DNA of 64,000 nucleotides from Mobula hypostoma (taxonomy: Eukaryota), in contig NC_086097.1 in the NCBI RefSeq assembly GCF_963921235.1, positions 131,194,001-131,258,000 on the forward strand. Direction: 5' to 3'. This document shows, piece by piece, positions 52,801-64,000 of the stretch; the stretch's first letter is position 1, and each line of letters begins with the position of its first letter. The notes below the pieces were generated by a model that did not search any database, had not been told where the DNA came from, and saw only the letters and a program-made list of their open reading frames with translations. The translations under genes were made by a program, and so were the position numbers.

Positions 52801-55800
52801 GCATATCAAAATAGACACTTTCTATTCCATAATGTGTGCTCTTGCAACAACTTTCCGTTGAAAATATCTTTTAGAGACTGGGTCTGGTCCGGTCAAGTGC
52901 TTACCTACAAAACACTTTTGATAAATCATAGCTTTTTCGCTCTGTTGTTCTGGGACATCACAGAAACCATTCTGGTCTTTGAATAATACTTTTGTAAGCA
53001 TACAACAGTTATACAGGAAAAGTTAAACACAAATACATCTTACTCCAAACTATTGCTTAAAGAGCCCCTATCTGGTTATACATACATTTGTGAAAAAGAA
53101 TCACAGAGGGCATTAGGGACTGTAATTCAATCTTTGTATTCTGAAACATTCATTAACCACTCAAGCCTCTCTTCTGTGATTTATGCATTCAGAACCTCCA
53201 AGTTAAATTATGGCCATTAGCTTCCTGGCTGGTACTTATTATTCCTTATTCTAACGGCTATCCAAAAATAGAGGGCTTTTCCACGAAAAACAACTTTTTT
53301 CTTAAACTTGCAGATGTTAACACAAAGTATCTGAAATGAACTAATTTTCTTTTTGCCAATCTTACCATTTCCTATAGTCCAAAAACATATCTAAACAATA
53401 GCCATTGTTTTCAAGAAGGCAAAACATAACACAAATACAGTATTCAACACAACTAATAACCATTATCATCCATCACTTTCATAACCTTCAATCCTCCATC
53501 GGCACAAGCCTGTTTGCATGCCTGGAAATTGCATTAATTTATTAAGCTACAAAGTTTGTTAAAATGGAAGTCAATACACATCACAAATCCTGACATAATT
53601 AAAGGTTTACGTTAAGGCTTATTTTCCAGAAGGTATATTTTTAATTATGCAGTCTAATAGCTAATTCAGTTAAAAGCATTCTAATCATAACTTCTATATA
53701 AAAAACTTTATGATTTGCTTTACACTGGATATACTGTTGGACATTTCTCGCTTTCTCATCCACGACAACATCTGCCAAAATTTCCTGGCGACAAAATAAA
53801 AATATGTTTGTTCCATCTTATTTACAGTCGTAAAGCACTAAAACTTCTGGCACTCCAATGCACAATCTGAAATGCAAAGCGCTCCTTTGCAATCCCTAGC
53901 CATGTTGTTCATATTTAAGGTACAGCTAAAGCTGATTATGTGTATTAGGTCAGTGTGGGCAAGGAAGTTGTTGGTGCCCAAAACACTTTGCATACTCAAA
54001 CTGCAATTTCAATACTGAATGATTATGCCAGTCTTAAATTAAAAGGCACATTTGCTGCAGAACTTTACTTTGGGTCACGTTTGCATTTAAATAAACGTGA
54101 ACAGAACAAAAATAAGATCATGCATGTAGGTAAAAGTAAACAATTTTTAAAGATTGCTTCAGATACTTACTAATCATAGTATCCTGAAGAAAGAAACTCA
54201 ATATTAACAGGCCAAGCATTTTTAAAATGCATAATTCAAGGTATTTTTAATATAAAAACCACACTGAACTTTTTCCAGAAGACTGGTGCCAATTGCAAAT
54301 AACTGTTCAACTTAAGTAGCAGAAGAAAAGGACTAATGTCTGTATTACGTGGAGTAGAAGTTCATCTGAATGTTCCCTTGTGGTATATTTTCACTGAAAA
54401 TTTGTGATGAAGCGATCTCTGCTAGTTGAATAAAATTAATTGTGTTTTTTAACTCTTTATGGTGCCTGGAATGCTGTGAAAAGAGGATGAATCACCACAG
54501 ACAGAGCTCATGCTGGGAGACAGGCAGAGATAAATAGGGATTTCCCACAGAGTTTAACAATACGGGAAAAATTCCAGAATGAATGGCAGATTCTCCCACC
54601 GTGGTCTTGCAATCAAAAAGACTGCCAGCAAGAGGCTGAACAGACGAGGGCACTCTCGCTATGCTAAACCATATCACTGACCTGGCACATTCATTATAAT
54701 CTATTCAGTGGCCCAAATCTCAGGATCTGTAACATGGAACCACCTGTGGTACAGCCTGCCATAGGGTTCTATTGGAACAGTTGCATTTTCTCAGTATTAG
54801 AGCATTGCATTGCTCGGACAAAACAATCAGCTCTTTGTACACAAAGCTCAAATGTGAATAGGGCTGAAACATTCCTGATATGATGCATTACTCTATCCTC
54901 TTTGAAAGAGTACCGAGATTTCAGAGAGTACAAGATTTCCTTGAAGAAACAAAAGGTTGATGCTCTTTCCAAAACTGCTGACGTGTAGATGAGAATTATT
55001 CTGCATAAAATACTGATTGCATGGGGCATGAGCTTTAAACGAGTATTATTGACACACCTACTGGGTGGTCTTAAAAGACTACCAAACGGTTGACTAATGA
55101 ACAGAGAACGGGAGATTAAATGAAAAAACCATTGAGCCTCCTCTCAATGTGCCATTGTCAGCAAGCTGGTAACAACACGTTGAATTTAGGAGGACAGCAC
55201 TGTAAAATTGAAGGTTGAAGCTGACACACATCAAATTAAAAACTTTCAGTGCTCCTTTTCTAAAAGTGGCCTGACGCTAATGTGCCAACAAATGGTTTTG
55301 CTTCTGTACTCAAGAAATCGTGAGCAGGTTGGCCTCCAATTGAATGAAGCTGACAAGAATCAGGTTATTACAAAGGCAATCTTCAGCTTTCAGCCATCAG
55401 CCGAGGATTGCTGCTTCCCTCAAGAAATGATCTCCAGTGGCCAACTGCCACAGAAGATTTGAGAGCTGCACTGTACATCGGTGCAATAGATCATATTAAA
55501 AAATAATTAAGAGTAATAGCATAATATTAAAAAAGCTAGGAAAATTAAAATTGGATCTGTACCTGCCTGCTCTGAGATGGTATCTGAAAGGTCCTCCTCA
55601 AATTCAACAATGTGACAATGTTCGTGCTGTTATGTAGATTCTCCCGTAATGACGTCATGAACCGAAAACTGATAAATCTGAGACAGACGCATACTCAACT
55701 TTTTTTTTCGGTGTTCCAAATAAGATGGTGGTCCCCATTTTACAGCTTTGATATGCAGCCATTTTCCTACTCTTTTTCTCCCATGTCAAGGACCGCAACA

Positions 55801-58800
55801 TTTGTCAGCAGGTGTGGCTTATGACACTGTTTGCATCCATGACATCACTTCCAGGTCATACAGTTTGTGCTCCATTGCCAGGAGGAAAGTTAATAAATAA
55901 AACAAGCAACAAAAAAAGGAAAGCATTTGATCCTGAAACTATAGACAGGCCTTCACAATGACACAAAAGTTTTCCTTAAGTGAACACACTTCAACATAAA
56001 AAAACGTGAAGACAAAACATGAAACAAAAGATAAAGTAGAAGATACTCCATCATCTGCATTTATTTGGAAAAGAAAAGAATAATAATTTTGATTTTGCTT
56101 ACAGCATGACAACATTTGTATATGGAAAGTTAAGAAACCAACCCCAGCAAAAGCATGCTCCTTACTTAAAGACTAGAAACACTTTTCTTTATCTGGATGG
56201 GCATGTGATAAGCCTCCACATGTAACAAACTCACAGCAATCCCTGTTTAACACTCAAATTCAGTGTGTTAACACTTAACAGAACAGTGGTAAACTGTGCC
56301 GCCAAGGTCAACTGCACAGATGTACTAATTGTATTATGAGCTTGACATCTAGTGGCCACCTAAGGCAGGGCAAACCAAGCAAAGGTTAAATCAGCAAGCT
56401 CTGTCAAAGCACTTCTAACTACCCACCCTCAGGGAGAACCCATCAGAAGCTTGTTGGCACACCATGCAATCCCACCTTTTCAGTGAAGCCAAACAAAGGA
56501 AACTAATGTATTACACTGGACGACAACACAGTTAATACAGAAAGGAAGCACAAAAGGTCAAAACAACTCCATAGTTTTTGTTAGCAGCCATGAATAAGCC
56601 CAGCAACAATTTATAACCATAATTATACCCAAACATTCCAGTCTCAGTCGAGAAATTGCACAACACAATTTTCCACAGCAGTAAAGCTCAGCACTAGTTA
56701 GACCATTCCCTAATATCAAGGTTAGAAATCCACATAAATTAGAACAACCATTTCCACCATAAATGACAACACCTTTATTTTGAAAATAATTTGCAGAATT
56801 TAGCCCCACTATTGGCAACATTTTCACAATGCTGTCAACCACATAAAACATAGCCTTCACAATAGTTGAATTACCAAATTCTGGTGAACTTATATTGCAA
56901 TCAGCTAGCGCATTTCTGATCAATGTACGAGAAAGGATGAAATTATCAAATCTACTCTGGTAACAGTAACCAAGAAAATGGATAAAACTAAATCCCAAGT
57001 GTTTGCATTTGCCAGTGGCACAAAGATGAAACTGTCACTTTAGACTTTCTGTCACTATGTATATGTGCTATATGAAATAAAACAGCAATGAAAAGGATCA
57101 CTGAAAATATCTTTTGCAAAAGGACTTTGGAAATATAAAATACATTAGGTGTGAAATTAATTTAGTTCTTTGATTAGCAACTGAAATAAACAAGTCACCT
57201 TTTAAACAATTTGCTTCAAGACCATTTTGTGAACAGCAGTCTAAGACTCTAGCTTTCTCGATCAAGTTAGGTTTCCTTAAGAGCTACTCCTCAACAAGTC
57301 AGAAGCTTGATTTGAATAAGTGTTTTGGAAGGGATTAAATACCAAACAGAAACTGTAATTTTTAATTCCGAGAGAAAACAGCATAATATTAGTACTCAAT
57401 TTCCTCGGCCTACAAATTGCACTTTTCCAACCCCTTAAAATCTATGGAATTGTCTTCAAAAGCCACAGACACATTTTATTTTTAATCAGAGCACAGAATG
57501 CATTTGCAAAGTATTTAATTTAATATTTTTTAAATGAAGACAGGAGATCACTGCAGCATTTAGTTACTTATTAGTGGTGGGAAAATGACACCACACTACA
57601 CTGTGTACGCCTATGCTAAAAAGTACAATGTACACAACTCAGTAATACTGTGCGTGCTGGCAATGTTCACTGACAAAGAATATACATATATATATCGGTA
57701 TGGAATATATATATTGGTATGGAATATATATATATAAAGCAGATAAAGATCCAAGCCGTTGATATTTATTGTTGTGCTGCTCTTACTACCTCAGATGCCT
57801 ATGTTCGTTAACTGCGACTGAAAGGTTTTCTTTAACTAGAAGTGCCTTTTAAATGAAGGTAAGACTTAATGAGAGAGAGCAGTTAATACTTTCTCTTCCG
57901 ACTTCTTTGGAGGGAGATCTCATCAGGTACTAACAAAATGAATGATCTGCAACCATCATTGTCTAATGTTGGCAACGTAATACTCTGGCGCAAATTTATT
58001 AAAGTGTTAAATAAAATAAATTGAGGGTCATCCTTTGCTGAAACAAATTATTATACCAACTATACCACCATCTGTCACAATTTAAAGCTAAATTATCTTT
58101 TCTGTTCCTTCTGTAATGACAACTTAAAATTCATGTTATATTTTCATTAATCAATCGTTAATGTGACATAAAAAAGCACAAGGCAATTCTATCTGTGCGT
58201 ACAAAATTTATTTATGGTTGTTGCAAACTCAACCTGCTATGAGCGAACAGTTTTAATTTAGCAGAGCAGCGAGTAGCAGAGGCAGGGATTCCATACTGTC
58301 CATTGATGCCTCTTACCAAGCATATCAGCTATTGTACTAAATAGATTACTATCATTACAAATGACAGGTCATAATACTTCCCACAGAGCTTTTTTTTCTA
58401 CAGTATTATCATTCAATTCTGCAAATATTAACACAGAACTGCACCCTGAGAGGAGTGTTTTGTCTTTATTAAAGATGGTTTTTGAAGCATAAACCTTTGA
58501 AGAGGCTCAGTCAAGCAATGCACCGGTTTGGAAATTCTAAGAGATTCAATGGCATGAGAAATCCTTATTTACATTATGCCTAGTCCTTTTCCAAGTATTT
58601 AAGTTACCCACTTGTCAATTAACTTTACGATTGAACTCTGCTATTTCAGGAGTTCAAAGAAGCACATTTCCTGTATTAATTCACTAAGTGGAATCAAATA
58701 AATCATCTTTAATTCTGCAATGCCTTTAGTCTAAATTAGTAAAGGTAATTCCATTCTATATTTCACCATACCATCTCTAATGTCAGAAATGAGAATTATT

Positions 58801-60644
58801 GCACCGTCAATGCTAAGGAATTCAACAGATGACACCACTGAAAAATAATGCATTCACCAAAGGGAGAAATTACAACCCAGAGACTCTTACCCAATTAAAC
58901 ATTAACATGTAAACTTGGTTGATAACAGTCTTCATAGCGGTGAGATTAAAAAAGTGGCCATTCATTCTCTCCCACTGAACTTCAATCTGTTCCTCTGTTG
59001 ACTGCCAGATTGATGAAGTGATGATCTGATTAAACCACCGCATTATATCGCAATCTCAATCTGAATGTGAGAAAACTAAACTTCAATTTTTTCCCCCAGC
59101 TACCAACTGCCTCGCACATAGCGCCCTGCTTAAAAACTCCTGAATAAATACGGACGTTCAACACAACGCTAAAGACTATTTTCCTACTAATGCTACTGCA
59201 AGTTATATTATCACTGCCCAAGATTTCTACTCCAGATATTTTCGTGCATACAAGTTTGAGGGTAAATATTTAACTATTACATAATTTTTTTGCACAATGC
59301 AGCAAAATATATATGGGTTGTTTCTGAAGGCCTTTCTCCCATTTAGTTTTTAATGCCCTGATATCGTTACATTGTTGAACGGATCGCTTGTGAGAGCCGA
59401 TTTGCAGCTATTCACACGTTACAATCATAATGGTAAAAATTCCACACTGGGGTGCAGTGTAGTTCTTTTGATTGTGAAGCTGTTCTTTTCTCTCCCCCCG
59501 CAGAAATAAACCCATTCATTCGGTCATGTAGTCATTGAGAACTTACACAAAACAAGCCGAAGTGTGAGAAACTCTACGTGATGAAGTAAACAAAAAAACA
59601 TTTCCATGACAAAAAAAAGATATTTTGCACTTAATCTACACTCGCTGTGGTTCAATTTGTTGGGTTTTATTTAAACCTAACCTGGAACCGACCAGATGAA
59701 GGCGGTGCGCATAATCTATAGTATCATACAGATTTAATCCCAGTCTTCCAATTTTCCAGTAATATCATTTCCACTAATATATCTGTAAAGTCACGTGAAC
59801 TTTTTTATTAGGAAAGCTGAATGTTTATTGTCCGTTTTTGTCTGAGTGACTTCACAGCTGAACTTTGAGATTGCAAGCGTTGATGCTTTAATTTGTCACA
59901 AAAATATACAATGAAGGGAAAGACAGGGCTACAGTAAAAATAAACCCAACACTGTACCGCCCAGAACAGTCAAAGGACCACTTTTCTAAACCAGATAAAA
60001 GATGATCCCTGTCTTACTTTCTCGCAATTATTTTATCTCTCGCGACTCTGAGAAAAAGAGAGCACAGTTTTCCCCCCAAAATAAATATCATCTAAATAGT
60101 AGCAATCGTTTTTGAGAAGGTAAACCCTGACTACGGTGCGCCTATCTTCTCATCAATTTAGCCCTGATATTAGGCGCTAGCACGTTTTGACAGTTTAACG
60201 CTGTCACTTTTTTTTGGTAAGGGGGACCTTACCTCTCTCGACTCCTTGCTGCTTGCATTTTTGAAACAGAATGTTGTTTTCCCCCAAAATTAAATGAAAT
60301 GGCCTAACCTGTCGCAGCGAGTCGAACAAAGATACCAGTCAGTAAACCGACGGTTACATTTAATACTAAGTAACAGACCAAAAAAAAGCCCAGACTTCAA
60401 TAAAACTATGTGTTAGAAGAATGAATGATTATACTCTCAAATTTGGAATATTTGTTTATTTTTAGTTTCACACTATCGCTGAATCTACAAGGTGGTGTGA
60501 CGGTTCTTGTGGGCGACACATTTCCAAGAATGAGTGTACTTCGCTTCGACATGGGCAAGCAATTTGAGGCTTTTCATGAAAGCGGCTTTTTAGGGGACAG
60601 GTCGTGAAAGTGGGAGATCAAACATGGCTGGACTTTTTGATCAG

Positions 60645-60662
60645 TCTCTCTCTCCCCCCCCC

Positions 60663-60701
<39 letters not shown>

Positions 60702-60735
60702 ACACACACACACACACGCACAGACAGACACACAG
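60645..60735. repeat. (CT)/(C)n followed by (CA)n microsatellite
   Basis: Read directly from the sequence. Confidence 0.95.
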
Positions 60736-61205
60736 CAGTTACAACAATTGACCACCCTTCAACCTGCACACCCCAAGGTCCTTGGAATGGAAAAAAAAAT
60801 CCCAACCACAAAGTTAACTGTATTTTTCCTAACAACCAAACTAAATCTCTCTCCACGAAGCTTAAAAGTTATGACAAGCCACAAACAAACCAGGATGTCC
60901 TTTAGTGATCACACTGGTTTATATCTAAAAGCTCATACTCTCACACTCTTTCTTACTCGTTCTCTCTCGTCTTATCAATTCAAAGTTACAAGGTCCGGTA
61001 TTAGGCGAATTAATAGCCCGGGGAGTAAAGGATTTAGCGACCAACACAGTGTTCGCTCACATCTGTTACTTAAAACACTTCAACTGAAAGGTTTCTAAGA
61101 AACATTCAGCTGGGAACGAGAGAGGGAGGGGAGGGGTGTTTGTGTTTGTAGTTCCGGGGACAGATCCCCGTCTGCATCTGCCTTTGGTGCCCGTATTCGG
61201 GAGGG

Positions 61206-61216
61206 GAGAGAGAGAG

Positions 61217-61306
<90 letters not shown>

Positions 61307-61351
61307 GGGGGGGGGGGGAGAGAGAGAGAAAGAGACAGAGAGAGAGAGAGA
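61206..61351. repeat. Long (GA)n microsatellite with G-run
   Basis: Read directly from the sequence. Confidence 0.95.
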
Positions 61352-61899
61352 GGTGAAGAGAGCCAGAGAAGTGGAAGTCACCCTCGCTCACCCTCCCTTT
61401 GCGTCCACAGTCCTCAGCCCAACACACCCCTCCAAAACATCTCCACTTTTTTTTGCAACAAGCAAACACGGTAAAACAGGGGAAATAAAAGTGAAAGGTA
61501 GCGCACTAATCCGGCTGTATCACTTTCTAAAACTAACCGAACAGTCGTGAAACTACTGGCCGCTTGTGCCGCTCACTCGCAAACAACCTAAAAAACGGCA
61601 GAGAAAGAAAAAAAACACTGCTGCATTTTCCCCCAATTCTTCGTCCGAAGTCCACATTAATGGAAGGAGGGGGTGCAAAGAGAGGTTGGACATCTGGGCA
61701 AACACTGCTCAGAGTTGCATGCTAACACTAAAATATGATGCAAGCATTTTTTAACCTCTTATACATATATTTTTTAAAAAATCTCCCTCTCCCGTCAACT
61801 TCAACCTTGTCCTTCTCGAGACAAGAATAATTCACTAGAAAATATATCAATGTACATATAAAAACCGGAGGAAACAAACGGAATCAAATAATAAGGATA

Positions 61900-63130
61900 T
61901 TGGGAAAGCATACTTACAATTTTGAGAAACTATTGGCACCGCTTCCTCGTCCGACTTGAGATGTTGGGGTTTAGCTTGCTTGCGGCGCGACATGGTGGCA
62001 GATACATCAGCGAGGCATATAAAAAAATTTCACAAATACCGACTTGCAAAATTACGGAAATTAGCCGGGTCGGAGCGGCGCAAGTGCGCATGTCAGTATA
62101 TAATTATGATTATCAATAATGCATTGCGATTAATCATCGCCGCATCTGACAGACGATTGGATCCTTTCCAGAGGGGGGAGACACTTTGAGATTATTCAAA
62201 TTAGAAGGAAGAGGAGAGAGAAAGGGGGGGGGGACTGGAGCTGGTAATCAATTAGCTGTGGCCCTCGCTACTTGCAAGGCACTCGCGAACGCTGCTTTCG
62301 GCTCTTCGAGAACAGCGAGCAGAAAGGCAACCCAATTGCAGCAAACGTTGGCATAGTTTGCAGAAATTCAGCAAAGGTCTCTTCAGAATGATTGTTTGCC
62401 TCTTTCTTGTTGTGCAAAGTCTTCCTCGCGACCAGAGATGCAGCCACACATACGCGCACACAACAGACACATACACACACATATACAGTATATCTCTGTG
62501 GCAATATATGTGCATAAGAATTATCTGTTTATGATTAAAAGTCACTAAGATTTTGGACTGGTTTAAAAAAACTTTTCTCTGTAGTGTATGTGTGTATGCT
62601 TTATATACTTGTATATATAGGTGTGTGAATGTGTGTTTGTGTGTGTGGCTGCATGTGTGTTCAGAGACAGAGGCAATGAAAGGGAGCGAGAGGCCACTCT
62701 TAAAGCGAGGAGGTGCGGAGTGTGTCACGTCTTCTAGTCGGTCTCCATACGCTCTGCTTACGAGGCGTCGCTGAAAGAAAGGTTGCGGGTCGAGTCCATG
62801 CCTTGATGTTGCCGGGTGTCACCGAACCAAACAAAATAAATAACGTCCACCATCAAATAAAATCAACCCCGCAATACCGATTACTATAGTGTCCGTGGCG
62901 AAGTTGTCCCCGGCTTCAGCGCAGCCCTTACGGTATCGTTTTGGCCCGCGGAGTTTGCAGGTTGTCGGTAGGAAGTGCCGGTGCTGGATGCAGTGAGAAA
63001 CCCTATGCGTGTCTCCCAAGCTGAGCCAACAAGTTGTTGCTTTTCCGCTTACAGCATCAGCGTGGCCAACACTGCGAAATGTCGCCACTAGGATGTACCA
63101 GATAGTTACTTAACCTAACTCTCAAACATC
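61900..63130 (-). promoter_or_regulatory. CpG-enriched SALL3 promoter / 5'UTR region
   Basis: CpG density is much higher than in the introns. There is a minus-strand CCAAT at 62156-62160, an AT-rich TATA-like tract at about 62097-62107, and TAAT/ATTA clusters. Confidence 0.7.
61918..61993 (-). CDS. SALL3: SALL3 coding exon 1 (MSRRKQAKPQHLKSDEEAVPIVSQN + 1 nt); carries the NuRD-recruiting N-terminal motif
   Basis: The minus strand reads gccaccATG TCG CGC CGC AAG CAA GCT AAA CCC CAA CAT CTC AAG TCG GAC GAG GAA. The exon is 76 nt and ends at a phase-1 donor T|gtaagta. MSRRKQAKPQHLKSDEE is the SALL3-type N-terminus. It is too short to appear in the ORF track. Confidence 0.96.
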
Positions 63131-63142
63131 AGCACCGGTCGC

Positions 63143-63143
63143 C

Positions 63144-63211
<68 letters not shown>
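63143..63211. repeat. (CT)n microsatellite
   Basis: Read directly from the sequence. Confidence 0.95.
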
Positions 63212-64000
63212 ACTCGCGCCACACACATACACGCTTTATTTCCCTTTCGCCCAAACCCTATCATATACTCACAGTAGTTTTTTTTTGAAAATTATCTTGT
63301 CCTTAGACCATTTTTTTAAACAAAAAACCCTCGTTTTTATTGAAGCAACTGCAGATCCCATCCCGCCGTTTTGGGGCGATAGGGCGAGTGGTTGCTGTTT
63401 GCACGCGCCTTTTGGTGTGGACTGAGTATTTTTTGCATGTATTGACCACAAATGCCATTAAAATCCTATTATAAAGATAAACACTTGTTGATCGTTGTAT
63501 CGCTGGCGAGCATGTCGCGCGGAATGCGTGATATTACCATGCAATAAAACTTGAGCGAACTACAACGAAAGATTGTCTGTCAGTCACCTGCCTCTTTAGT
63601 AATTATCACCCAAATATGCTAGATTGAAGGAGAGAGCGGTGGCTATATTTTTGATATTTTATTGCATTTAAAATGCCTTTAAAACGCGTGGGTTATGCAT
63701 TCAAATGCTTCGTTGGACGCAAATTTCAGCCTTTCAAGTGAACATGGAAGCTAAGCTAATGAATGTTTAACCGCTTTAATAAATGCATAACACACCTTTT
63801 CTTATTTTACATTTTTTTGACTTGATAATGCAAGTTCAGGGATGAAAATATGTTTACACCGCGGCGATCGAAGTGCACACGGTGATCATCCAAGTACGGC
63901 TACATACAAAGCCAACAACCTCTGCGCGCAGCAAGGCGGAATCATTTGAATATATGTTAAATAAATTTGACCCATTCGTTAACCTGAAACACGGATCATG

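Noticed and set aside
51225..56998. ORFs 51225..51656 and 56558..56998 as hidden genes
   Set aside because: They have non-ATG starts, no recognisable domains and no evident splice structure, and such lengths are expected by chance in 64 kb.
60604..61474. ORFs with HTHT, ERER or SLSL runs
   Set aside because: These are translations of (CA)n and (GA)n microsatellites.

Overview
This is vertebrate genomic DNA. The repeat complement (DeuSINE/SacSINE1-like, HE1/V-SINE-like, CR1, Rex1/Babar and Penelope-like elements) suggests an elasmobranch, possibly a ray; that assignment is an inference. The window holds one complete protein-coding gene, SALL3, on the minus strand. It has three coding exons (61918-61993, 14661-18145, 2731-3162), a 3993-nt CDS encoding about 1330 aa with 10 zinc fingers, and introns of about 43.8 kb and 11.5 kb. 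A 3'UTR of about 1.5 kb ends near twin AATAAA signals (1235-1283), and a CpG-rich promoter lies at about 62-63 kb. The distal two-thirds of intron 1, and part of intron 2, are full of degenerate transposons. The last ~14 kb of the window is almost transposon-free. The most notable observations are an in-frame 216-nt exitron in exon 2 that would remove zinc-finger cluster 3, minimal hammerhead-ribozyme motifs in intronic Penelope-like elements, upstream and overlapping ORFs at the start codon, and several insertions with clear target-site duplications. I found no convincing wholly novel multi-gene system. TE family assignments come from recognised motifs rather than database searches, and boundaries without a TSD or TIR are approximate.
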